Source of the DNA: Candidatus Binatia bacterium
GTDB lineage: Bacteria; Desulfobacterota; Binatia; UBA9968; CAXXLF01
Reading direction: 5' to 3'
Assembly: GCA_963664015.2 (NCBI GenBank)
Contig: CAXXLF010000001.1
Span: forward strand, 1,152,001 to 1,216,000
DNA length: 64,000 nt
Below, piece by piece: positions 40,724-49,382 of this stretch. Within the stretch, counting starts at the first letter, position 1. Every line of letters begins with the position of its first letter. The notes under the pieces were generated by a model, which was given only the letters and a program-made list of their open reading frames with translations, had not been told where the DNA came from and made no database searches. The translations under genes and the position numbers were made by a program.

Positions 40724-41713
40724 ATGCTCAAGATCGTCTCTGTCGAAGAGGCCGTAGGAATGACCCTAGCCCATGACCTTACCGAAATTATTCCCGGCAA
40801 GCACAAAGGACCGGCCTTTCGACGCGGGCATGTGATCGAGGAGAAAGACGTCCCCAGACTGCTCAACATGGGGAAAGCGCACATTTACATAATCGACCTG
40901 GAGGATGGGGAGGTGCACGAAGAGGACGCCGCACGCAGGCTGGCCGAAGCCGCGGCCGGCCCTCACATCACCCTCACCGATCCTAGTGAAGGCAGGGTGA
41001 ACCTGGTCGCCGAAATCCCAGGGGTGCTCAAGGTCGACGAGGGGCTTCTCTACCGCTTCAACGCCCTGGGCGATATAATCCTGGCCACACTGCCGGCCAA
41101 CGAGTACGTGAACAAGGGTACCGTGGTAGCCGGAACCCGCACCATTCCCATCCTGGTCCCGGAGGAGCTGCTCCACAGGGCCGAGACCATCTGTAAATTC
41201 AAGCCCATCGCGACGATCCTCCCCATCGAACCCAGACGGGTCCACCTGATCGTAACCGGTAGCGAGGTCTTTACCGGCCGGATCAAGGACGGCTTCGAGC
41301 CCGTGGTACGAAAGAAGTTAGAGGCCCTGGGGTGTGGTCTGGAGGAGGTCAAACTGGCCCCCGACGATCCCAAAAAAATTGCCAACCATATTAAAGACTC
41401 GTACCAGGCCGGCGCCGAATTGATCATGATCAGTGGCGGCATGTCGGTGGACCCCGACGATCAGACACCCGAGGGGATTCGCGAGAGCGGGGCCCATATC
41501 GAGTGCCACGGCTTCCCGGTTCTACCCGGTTCCATGTTCCTCCTGGGTAACCTGCAAAACACGCCGATCCTGGGACTTTCCGGCTGCGTGCTGCACGACC
41601 CCATAAGTTCCCTCGATGTCTTACTCCCACGCCTTCTCGCCGGAGAGAGACTGTCGCGCACGGATGTCCTTTCCCTCGCACTGGGCGGCCTGCAGAAAAA
41701 GCACGATCACTGA
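40724..41713 (+). CDS. Molybdopterin-binding (MoeA-like) protein
   Basis: LAHDLTEIIPG, VTGSEV, GGMSVDPDD, PVLPGSM; follows moaA. Confidence 0.85.
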   Translation: MLKIVSVEEAVGMTLAHDLTEIIPGKHKGPAFRRGHVIEEKDVPRLLNMGKAHIYIIDLEDGEVHEEDAARRLAEAAAGPHITLTDPSEGRVNLVAEIPGVLKVDEGLLYRFNALGDIILATLPANEYVNKGTVVAGTRTIPILVPEELLHRAETICKFKPIATILPIEPRRVHLIVTGSEVFTGRIKDGFEPVVRKKLEALGCGLEEVKLAPDDPKKIANHIKDSYQAGAELIMISGGMSVDPDDQTPEGIRESGAHIECHGFPVLPGSMFLLGNLQNTPILGLSGCVLHDPISSLDVLLPRLLAGERLSRTDVLSLALGGLQKKHDH

Positions 41714-41720
41714 GCCTTGT

Positions 41721-42209
41721 TTAACGGGGGTCGAATCTCACCAACTGTGGTTGAAGAATTGGAACCCTCCCAGTGGCCCGAGATAGAGATACCCCCCCTT
41801 CTTGTTGGGCCGGCTTGATACCGACTTCCCAACCGCCATACCAGGCTAAAGACTGCCTCGTAAGCTTGATCGGTCCCAATGGCCCGTCGGGCTTTAAGGG
41901 CACCCTCTTCCACACCACTCTTCTCTTCCCGAACTTTTTTTCAAAAATCAGCATACTTGAATCTTTTTTCTCCGTTAATCGAGATTCCAACACGCATACC
42001 GTCCGACCGAACCGGGTGAGTCGAATCTCCGAGTAAAGGGAGAGTGGATCGCTCTCTCCCTTGTATTCTTTTGAATAGTACGGCCCGTCGTCGACAAAGG
42101 TAACCGCCCAAGGCTCCACCAGGTAATAATTCCCTGCGATGAACCCCAAGATCGCGAGAACGATGAGGCCCGGTTTGATCTTCCTAAAAGAGATTAAACG
42201 AATCGACAT
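41721..42209 (-). CDS. Hypothetical membrane-anchored protein, probably frameshifted near its C-terminus
   Basis: N-terminal TM; removing one G from the G7 run (41792-41798) gives EGGYLYLGPLGGFQFFNHSW with a stop at 41738. Confidence 0.55.
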   Translation of the reverse strand: MSIRLISFRKIKPGLIVLAILGFIAGNYYLVEPWAVTFVDDGPYYSKEYKGESDPLSLYSEIRLTRFGRTVCVLESRLTEKKDSSMLIFEKKFGKRRVVWKRVPLKPDGPLGPIKLTRQSLAWYGGWEVGIKPAQQEGGVSLSRATGRVPILQPQLVRFDPR

Positions 42210-42582
42210 ACGGGACTAGCCGCCCAACGGAGGCGGAGACAATCACCGCGAATGTGACAATCATACCGGCCACCCGGAAAAGATGATTCTCCTTGAGTTG
42301 ACTCACCCCATAGGCATGCACCAACCGGCCGACTACCAGGACAGCGCACAGCAGATGGATCCTGCCGCGAGCGCCGCTCTGGACTTCGAAGAAGTAGATC
42401 AACAGAAGGGAAATGGGAACGTATTCAGCAAAGTTGGCATGAGCGCGGACACCTTTCATGAGCAGGAGCTGATCCCCGTGACCCAAAGGGACTTTAAACC
42501 TGAACCGCAGAAGGATTGTGCGCACCCTGAGAAACACAAGGACAAGGCCCAACACGGATGCGTATATCGGCGTGATCGGCAT
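42184..42582 (-). CDS. MAPEG family (YecN-like) membrane protein
   Basis: R..LGHG, RAHANFAEYVP, GRLVHAYG. Confidence 0.88.
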   Translation of the reverse strand: MPITPIYASVLGLVLVFLRVRTILLRFRFKVPLGHGDQLLLMKGVRAHANFAEYVPISLLLIYFFEVQSGARGRIHLLCAVLVVGRLVHAYGVSQLKENHLFRVAGMIVTFAVIVSASVGRLVPYVDSFNLF

Positions 42583-42601
42583 CGGATCTCCTTCGCGAAC
42601 C

Positions 42602-43153
42602 TTACTTGAACAGGATGTTACGGCCGCCGAGAAAAAGCACCCAGACGCAGACCGTAAGCCAGTGGATTAGGACCGGAGCCCATAGGGACTTGGAATAAAT
42701 ATACGACAAACTGCATGCCACCCCCAGGCAAAAGACGATCATGAGAAAATAGGGATCGAGAAATATCCCCTGGGCACCCTTGTTGATCGTGAGCGCATTC
42801 AATGGATGCCATAGTGTGAACAGTGTCGAGCTCAATAGGGTTATAGAAAGAATGAACTTCCGCCCACGTTCTTTTGCACCGTTGGGAATCAATAGTCCGC
42901 GAAAGGAGGACTCTTCCAAAAACGCGGGAAAGACGAAAAGTGAGATCGGCAGGACAAAGGCAAGTCGGCCCTCTACCATGCCAGGCTCGAAATGACCCGA
43001 TTGAAAACCGACAAAGAAGGCAACGGCTCCGTATGCGGCCAAAAAACATAGAGAATAATTTAGGGGTCGGAGCGGTGATGTTCTGATTCCGGCAAGGTAA
43101 TTGTTTTCCAGGTACTCTACCGCTCTCTTATTTCTCGATAATCTTATCCACAT
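42602..43153 (-). CDS. CPBP/Abi family intramembrane glutamic endopeptidase
   Basis: EESSFRG, FTLWH, IHW motifs; start uncertain. Confidence 0.85.
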   Translation of the reverse strand: MWIRLSRNKRAVEYLENNYLAGIRTSPLRPLNYSLCFLAAYGAVAFFVGFQSGHFEPGMVEGRLAFVLPISLFVFPAFLEESSFRGLLIPNGAKERGRKFILSITLLSSTLFTLWHPLNALTINKGAQGIFLDPYFLMIVFCLGVACSLSYIYSKSLWAPVLIHWLTVCVWVLFLGGRNILFK

Positions 43154-43565
43154 AACTGCCAAGCCCAAGATAGCACGGCGGGTTGGGATCCCCATCGCAA
43201 CAGGCTGCTCCGACGAAATCATGCAGGGTTCGCCCCGTTGGGAACTGTTCGCAGATTCCTCGGTCTGGGCTGGCTATAAAGTAGCGACCCGCTTTCCCAT
43301 CGTGCCCCTCCATCAGAATCGTCTTACGGTACGAATCTAGAATTCGTTGGACCTCTTTCTCGGCCGTCCCCCGATAGGATTCAACGAATCCCCTGGGGTA
43401 GCGGTCCGCAAACTCTTTCAGCCTGGGTCTTTCTTCCGGGACAACGAGCTCACAGGCGTCAACTCGAATGGTTCTCTCTCACGGTCTCGAGATTGAGCAA
43501 TCGGCTGCTGCTTCAGCGGCCAGGAGCGACGACATGAATAGTGCGATGAGAATAGATACTTCCAT
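43128..43565 (-). pseudogene. Secreted Cys-rich hypothetical protein with one in-frame TGA
   Basis: Signal peptide ending AAA-DC, TGA at 43479-43481, frame stays open to TAA at 43128. Confidence 0.55.
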
Positions 43566-43647
43566 GGAACGAAAACTCGAGCTTCGCGTTTCATCCCTGT
43601 CATGCAGAAGCATTAAGAAACTCCTCGCGACCCCTTTCTCCACGTCC

Positions 43648-44400
43648 TCATACACCGCTTACTCCAATCCTCCCTAGGTCCGTCTGGATCCCCGAAAAAG
43701 TCGCAGCCCCTGTGAGGACCCGCGACTATGCCGTGAGGGGATTGGATATTCCGATAGTGTTGCATGAGAGAAATCGCCGCGGGCGGCTCTTCCAGAGCCA
43801 CCACTGGACCACCGCTCTCGCCGTTATGCCAACCGACATTGAGTTCGTAGATCAGAGCGGCACCGATGACATATTGGGCTGAGACGATGCCTTCGTTCGC
43901 GTGGCTTTTCAGGAAAAATTCACCGCCCTTCAAGTTGCCCTGAGGGTCGACGTTGAGGCCGGCGATTGAAGGGGCAGGGTAGCCCGTCGTGACGACACGC
44001 GTGCCATCCGGTCGACGCGTGAAAGAGACCGGAAGAGCCGGCATGTGAACACCGTCCGTCGTGCAGGGACCGATTCCGAGAACCGCAAGATCGAGATCGG
44101 GGCGTTCGACCGGGAATCCGACTATTGAAGAATGGAACGCTGGATTGCCGTTCCCCGGCACCACGAACGCATAGAAGCGGTCAACCGTGTTACGATGCTG
44201 CCCGCCGTTCAGAAGGTGGAATGCGGTCAGCAGATACCGGTCCTCCACGACGCAGAAGGCGCTCTCCCCCCGAGAGTGGCCTGAAACTGAGCAGGCCGAA
44301 CCTTCCCCTTCCTGACTGTTTCGGGTCGAGTCAAGCGGATGTGGATGATAGCCGTGACGCTTTCGCGAACGATTGAAATTACGGATGTCAGATTTGCCAT
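43648..44400 (-). pseudogene. Trypsin-like (S1) serine protease, frameshifted gene cassette
   Basis: LLTAFH, DLAVL and GESGGP triad; frameshift near 44263-44270 and probably near 43697. Confidence 0.75.
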
Positions 44401-44421
44401 TTCGGGTCCCTCTGAATTGCT

Positions 44422-44488
44422 GTCTAACGCTGTGTTAAACCGAGGCCGCTGCGCGGCCGTGGGTGTCGGGTTAAATGCCTGGTTAAGG
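44422..44488 (-). mobile_element. Integron attC site
   Basis: Minus strand CCTTAAC-CAGGC-ATTTAACC-CGAC...GGCCGC GCA GCGGCC-TCGGTTTAA-CACAGC-GTTAGAC; the AAC end overlaps the ynfA-like stop codon. Confidence 0.8.
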
Positions 44489-44815
44489 GTTGAATAACCG
44501 AGGCCCAAACAGAATGATCGCCGCCCCGATTAAACAAACCACACCTCCGAAATAATCCGATATTAACGGCCGACTGCGTTCGATAAAGGTGAGCCATACA
44601 AACGATGAAACAATATAGACACCGCCATAGGCCGCATATACCCTGCCGGCAAACTCGGCCTCAACTTTAGTGAGGATGAAAGCAAACAGCGCCAAGCTTG
44701 CTACCCCTGGGATTACCCAGAGGACACTTTTGTCTAACCGAAGCCATATCCAGAAAGCGTAGCACCCTGCAACTTCAAAGGCTGCCGCTGCAAAAAAATA
44801 GAGAAAATTGATCAC
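44483..44815 (-). CDS. YnfA (UPF0060) family small membrane protein, gene cassette
   Basis: [25 protein letters not shown]; GTG 44815 follows AGGAG. Confidence 0.88.
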   Translation of the reverse strand: MINFLYFFAAAAFEVAGCYAFWIWLRLDKSVLWVIPGVASLALFAFILTKVEAEFAGRVYAAYGGVYIVSSFVWLTFIERSRPLISDYFGGVVCLIGAAIILFGPRLFNP

Positions 44816-44849
44816 GGCTTCAGCGCTCCTAGCCTGGAATGTAGCGTAC

Positions 44850-44935
44850 ACCTAACGTTGTACCACTGAGCCCCTAATCAAAGGCACATCTGAATAGCAT
44901 CCAGAGGTTTGCGTCGACTCACACGGCGGGTAAAA
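44850..44935 (-). mobile_element. Degenerate attC-like site after hicA
   Basis: Ends in GTTAGGT; TGAGTC/GGCTCA and TCTGGAT/ATTCAGA pairings; left end TTTTACC instead of RYYYAAC. Confidence 0.45.
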
Positions 44936-44942
44936 CGGGTGT

Positions 44943-45155
44943 CTACAGATCTTCTGGTTTGAGTCCAGTTCATTTGGCGATTCTGGCAAGCATCCTGGAC
45001 CCAAGTTCCTCTTGATTGTGGAAGGCAAATACAAAGTCGGACCACCCGGGACGGGAAAGGATACGGTGAGATCCTACCCGACGCTTAAGAATCCACCCAG
45101 TTCTAAGAAGTGCTGCAAACGCACGTCTGGCACGAATACTCGGCCACTGGCTCAT
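44943..45155 (-). pseudogene. hicA: HicA family toxin with a premature TGA at codon 62
   Basis: GW..KR..GSH motif; AK*TGLKPEDL continues in frame to TAG at 44943. Confidence 0.8.
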
Positions 45156-45361
45156 GCTACCGCAGCAAAGGAAATACTCAGCAGTTCTGGACCTGCTTCA
45201 CCATGTTCCAGACGATCCGCAATCACACGAAGGGCAAGGGCCTGGACCTTCGCCTTGGCCTCATCTGGGGTCTTTCCATAGGCGAGAACCCCCGGTAGAT
45301 CAACCACTTCCGCGATCCAGCGCCCGTTTTCTTCTTGCTCAATTTCAACTTTGAACGTCAT
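45152..45361 (-). CDS. hicB: HicB family antitoxin (short form)
   Basis: EQEENGRWIAEVVDLPGVLAYGKTPDEA; ATGA overlap with hicA. Confidence 0.88.
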   Translation of the reverse strand: MTFKVEIEQEENGRWIAEVVDLPGVLAYGKTPDEAKAKVQALALRVIADRLEHGEAGPELLSISFAAVA

Positions 45362-45391
45362 GGCATGGCTACCCTTTTTTAGACAAGTCTG

Positions 45392-45419
45392 ATTGTACGC
45401 TTTTTAGTATTTCATGCAA
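45392..45419 (-). promoter_or_regulatory. Putative sigma70 promoter of hicBA
   Basis: TTGCAT-N16-TACAAT on the minus strand. Confidence 0.55.
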
Positions 45420-45559
45420 AGCCTGCCATGGAGACTAATTACTTGATTGGTGTCCTTACAGCGCGGCGGATGGTCTACGCGGAACGCGGTAGGATGCGCA
45501 ATTCAGGTATGGGTGGGGGGCTAAGGTGCAGGGGAGGAGAGGCGGTCTCTGTCTCTTTC

Positions 45560-46588
45560 TTACTTCATCAACTGGGCGTTGATCTCGTCGAGCAGCTTTG
45601 CGGAGGGCTGCAGCTCGTCCTGTCCCAGGCTGGCCAGCGGGGTGTCGCAGAGGTCCATCGCCGTGGCCAGGTCGGGGGATTCGCCGTCGTAGTAGATGAG
45701 CCCCGTGAGGAATTTACCTTCGGCGACGGAACCATGGATCGCCTTCAAGGCGTTTTCCTTGTTGGTGGGTTCGTATCTCTCCCGGAGTTTGTGCAAGGTG
45801 ATATGCGACCCATCGTGCAAGGTTACTTGGTGGTCGGTTCCTTCCTCGTAATCCACCTCGATATTCTCAAAATGGGGGATGAAGTCCAGGTCGTGGAGGG
45901 GATCCAGATGATCCTTGATATACTGCAAGCTCTTGGTCGATCCCTCATGGTTGTTGAAGGTAACGCAGGGGCTCAACACATCGAGGATAGCGCTCCCCCG
46001 GTGGGCGAAAGCTCCTTGAATCAACGGGGAAAGCTGTTTCCGGTCCCCGGAAAAGCTCCGCGCCACATAGGTCGCACCCAGATTGATAGCTAGCTCAGCA
46101 ATGTCAATGGGAGGCAGCTCGTTAATCTTACCGCCCTTCATGAGGGAGCCCTTGTCGGCGGTGGCCGAGAACTGGCCTTTGGTCAGCCCATAGACGCCGT
46201 TGTTCTCCACGATGTAGGTGATGTTCACATTGCGCCGGACCATGTGACAGAAGTTACCCAACCCGATTGCCGAGGTATCCCCATCGCCCGATACGCCCAC
46301 CGGAATCAGCGTATGATTGGCTAGATTAGCGCCCGTGGCGACCGCCGACATACGGCCGTGTATGGTGTTGAAGCCAAAGGACTGGCTGAGAAAATAAGCT
46401 GGTGTCTTGGAAGAGCAGCCGATGCCGCTCAGCTTGATGACCTTACGCGGGTCGATCCCGCTTTCGAAAAAGGCGCGGATGACAGACGCCGAGATTGCAT
46501 CGTGCCCGCAGCCTTTGCACATGGTGGACTCGCCACCCCGGTAGTCCTTCTCAGTTAGATTGACGCGATTGGTCTTTGCACCGGCCAC
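45560..46588 (-). CDS. korB: 2-oxoacid:ferredoxin oxidoreductase beta subunit
   Basis: CKGCG, SGIGCS, HGR, GDGD, NNGVYGLTKGQ, SPCVTFN. Confidence 0.9.
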   Translation of the reverse strand: MAGAKTNRVNLTEKDYRGGESTMCKGCGHDAISASVIRAFFESGIDPRKVIKLSGIGCSSKTPAYFLSQSFGFNTIHGRMSAVATGANLANHTLIPVGVSGDGDTSAIGLGNFCHMVRRNVNITYIVENNGVYGLTKGQFSATADKGSLMKGGKINELPPIDIAELAINLGATYVARSFSGDRKQLSPLIQGAFAHRGSAILDVLSPCVTFNNHEGSTKSLQYIKDHLDPLHDLDFIPHFENIEVDYEEGTDHQVTLHDGSHITLHKLRERYEPTNKENALKAIHGSVAEGKFLTGLIYYDGESPDLATAMDLCDTPLASLGQDELQPSAKLLDEINAQLMK

Positions 46589-48399
46589 GGTTTTACCTCT
46601 TTTCCCAGACTCGATTGATATTCCTTTATCTGCTTGACGATCCCTCCTGCAGTCGCCGGAAGTCCGTCGTAGAGGAGGACACTGATGATCTTCATCCCCA
46701 GGTCAGGCCACTCGGCTTTGAAGATTGCCGCCATTTGGCCGTCACGGTTCTGTTCCACCAGGTAAACAACATCATTGGCGACCATGAATTTTCTAACTTC
46801 TTCCGTTAAGGGCAAGGCCCTCAGCAACAGGTGATTGGTCTTTTGACCCTGTGCGCTGAGCCGATCCCGAGCTTCCCGGGTGGCCTCATAGCTGGACCCG
46901 AAACAAATAAAACCGGCTTTGACGCCTTGCGACATCTCAACAATCGGCTTGGGAACCGCCCCTCGGGCCGTATCCAGCTTCCTCGCGAGCCGGTCAAGGG
47001 TTGCCTTGTAGTCCTTCTCGTCTTCGCTATACTTGGCGTCGTCATCGTGGCCGGAGCCTCGGGTGAAATAGGCCGCCTTCGGGTGCGGCGTACCCGGCAC
47101 CGTCCTCTGGGGGATCCCGTCTCCGTCAAGATCAAAATAGCGGCGGAACTTACCCTCCAGTTTTTCCAGATCCTTGGCGCTCAGGAGCTTACCGCGATCA
47201 AAGGGCTCGGCCTCCAACTTGAGGGGTTCCGAGGACCACAGGTTCATCCCCAGATCCAGGTCCATCATGATGAAGACCGGGGTCTGAAAGCGCTCCGCGT
47301 AGTCAAAACTACGCCGAGATAGGTCGAAACTGGAACGCATGTCATGGGGGATCAGAATAATATGTCGGGTGTCACCGTGGGAGCAGTAATACATGGAAAG
47401 GATGTCGGCCTGCTGGGTGCGTGTAGGGAGTCCCGTTGAGGGCCCGCCCCGTTGAATGATGAAAAAGACACTTGGGATCTCGGCAAAATAGGAGAGGCCG
47501 ATGGTCTCATTCATGAGGGAGAGTCCGGGACCCGAGGTCGAGGTCATGGAACGGGCACCGGCCCAACCGCCGCCAATAACCATACCCGCGGCAGCGATCT
47601 CATCCTCCGCCTGAACAATGGCATAGCTCGCCTTGCCGTCGGTTCTCTTGCGTAATCGTGGGAGATAGTGCTCGATGGATTCCGCCAGCGAGCTGGATGG
47701 CGTGATAGGATACCAGGCAACTAACGTAACCCCGCCGTATATTGCTCCCAGGGCGCAGGCCGTGTTCCCCTCCGTAATGATCTTACCCTGGTTACCTCCG
47801 GGGATGGCCTTCAATAGACCGATATCCTGCTTGGTTCCTTTTTCTTCCACGTACCGGTAACCGAGATCGATACAGAGAAGATTCGATTCGATGACTGCCG
47901 GCTTATTTCCAAAGGTGTCGCGCAGGACTTCCTGGATGATCTCCCATTCGATACCGAACAGCTTGGCCACCGCACCGACGTAGACCATGTTTCGCTGCTT
48001 GACCCGTAGCGGTGAGGCCTCCATATTGTCCTGCACCAGTTTGTTCGCCGGGACCCCCACATACTGGACCCCGTCCCGCTTCAATTGGGCAGGCAGGGGC
48101 TTGGAGTCATCGTAAATAATCACACCGCCGTCCCGTACCCGGCGGATGTCCTGAGCCGCCGTGACATCGTTGAACATCACCATGATATCGATGACGTCTT
48201 TGCGGCCCGAATAACCGTCGCCACAAGCCCTGATCTGGTACCAGGTGGGCAGGCCCTGAATATTGGAAGGAAACATGTTCTTCGACGAGCAGGGTATGCC
48301 CATCTTGAAGATGGATTTAAAAAGAACGTTGTTTGAAGAGGCGCTCCCCGATCCGTTTTCCGTCGCTACACAGATGTTGAGGTCGTTGATTGCAGGCAT
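46555..48399 (-). CDS. korA: 2-oxoacid:ferredoxin oxidoreductase alpha subunit (gamma-alpha fusion)
   Basis: YPITPS, QAEDEIAA, TSTSGPG, QRGGPSTGLPT. Confidence 0.92.
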   Translation of the reverse strand: MPAINDLNICVATENGSGSASSNNVLFKSIFKMGIPCSSKNMFPSNIQGLPTWYQIRACGDGYSGRKDVIDIMVMFNDVTAAQDIRRVRDGGVIIYDDSKPLPAQLKRDGVQYVGVPANKLVQDNMEASPLRVKQRNMVYVGAVAKLFGIEWEIIQEVLRDTFGNKPAVIESNLLCIDLGYRYVEEKGTKQDIGLLKAIPGGNQGKIITEGNTACALGAIYGGVTLVAWYPITPSSSLAESIEHYLPRLRKRTDGKASYAIVQAEDEIAAAGMVIGGGWAGARSMTSTSGPGLSLMNETIGLSYFAEIPSVFFIIQRGGPSTGLPTRTQQADILSMYYCSHGDTRHIILIPHDMRSSFDLSRRSFDYAERFQTPVFIMMDLDLGMNLWSSEPLKLEAEPFDRGKLLSAKDLEKLEGKFRRYFDLDGDGIPQRTVPGTPHPKAAYFTRGSGHDDDAKYSEDEKDYKATLDRLARKLDTARGAVPKPIVEMSQGVKAGFICFGSSYEATREARDRLSAQGQKTNHLLLRALPLTEEVRKFMVANDVVYLVEQNRDGQMAAIFKAEWPDLGMKIISVLLYDGLPATAGGIVKQIKEYQSSLGKEVKPWPVQRPIASI

Positions 48400-48420
48400 C
48401 TACAGGCTCCAGAAGAAGAA

Positions 48421-48449
48421 TACTTTAAAACATACAATTATTTAAAGTA
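48421..48449. promoter_or_regulatory. AT-rich inverted repeat upstream of korA, possible operator
   Basis: TACTTTAAA-N11-TTTAAAGTA, perfect 9-bp arms. Confidence 0.45.
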
Positions 48450-48591
48450 ACATAGCTGTTTAAAAAAACCAAACATACTGCAGGCCTTTTCTTGACTCGA
48501 AAGGCCCATAACCCCTTAAAAACCATCGGATTCATGCTCGCACCCTACTCCCTATCCGGAAGTGTACTGCTCCTCCGAATCCCAGTACTCC

Positions 48592-49186
48592 TTAGATCTC
48601 TTTCCAGGCCTTCCGCACGCTTTCGTCCACGTCCAAAGCCTGGGCGTATTTGAGCACATCCCCCATGGAGACAACACCAACCAGTTCCCCGTAAAACTGA
48701 TAAGGGTTTGATTAGAAGGGCTAATCCAATAACATTTTCAAAAATAAACCGAGAATAAGGAAAGATACAGCCAATCCTCCAAATCCTAAGATAACCCAAC
48801 CCAACCAGTTGGGGTCACCCGCATAACAAAGAAACTCAACTTTACAAAAACCGTTTATAAACGAATCCCACATATTTCCTGCCTCTCAACCAAACCCTAA
48901 TCTATTCTACGTTAGTCACTTCCAGTGGGTGCATACCGTGTGTGTTTTATTGCTAATTGGCAAAATCTATACATCCCCATTGCACTTTAATTTTTCCATC
49001 GGGTCGCTTCTGGTAGAGGTTGATTCTATCTTCATACCGGTAATGGATATTAGGTATTTTTTCGGTAACAATCACCCGCCCCACGTTCTTTTCCTCCATC
49101 TGTTTCATGACCGCCGCAATGGAATCGGCCGGCTGCACGGTCATGATATCGAGGTTCATAATCTCCTTAATCTTGTTGGAAAGCAT
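48592..49186 (-). pseudogene. CBS-domain protein with its centre replaced by unrelated AT-rich DNA
   Basis: N-part MLSNKIKEIM..DIMTVQPADSI..MEEKNVGRVIV after GGAGG; C-part GELVGVVSMGDVLKY...KEI*. Confidence 0.7.
48721..48873 (-). CDS. 50-aa single-TM protein inside the AT-rich insert (not in ORF track)
   Basis: MWDSFINGFCKVEFLCYAGDPNWLGWVILGFGGLAVSFLILGLFLKMLLD, purine-rich RBS-like leader. Confidence 0.45.
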   Translation of the reverse strand: MWDSFINGFCKVEFLCYAGDPNWLGWVILGFGGLAVSFLILGLFLKMLLD

Positions 49187-49382
49187 AGGCCCCTCCATAG
49201 GGTAGAAATGGAAAATTTTAAAGTCCCACTATCTTAATAGTCATATTTTTTCCAAACCGTTTCAAGAGAGCCCCAGCGCTGCGTATCGGCAGGTTGATAG
49301 CCAAGGCACCACTGCGCCCGCCTCGCCCACGGCCAGCCGTTGCGCCTTGGGACGTCCCATAATAGAGTAATAGAAGAGTTCG

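Noticed and set aside
43479-44972. In-frame TGA codons as selenocysteine or genetic-code reassignment
   Set aside because: Many conserved genes here end in TGA at expected positions; the hicA TGA is not at a Cys-type position; no convincing SECIS hairpin was seen
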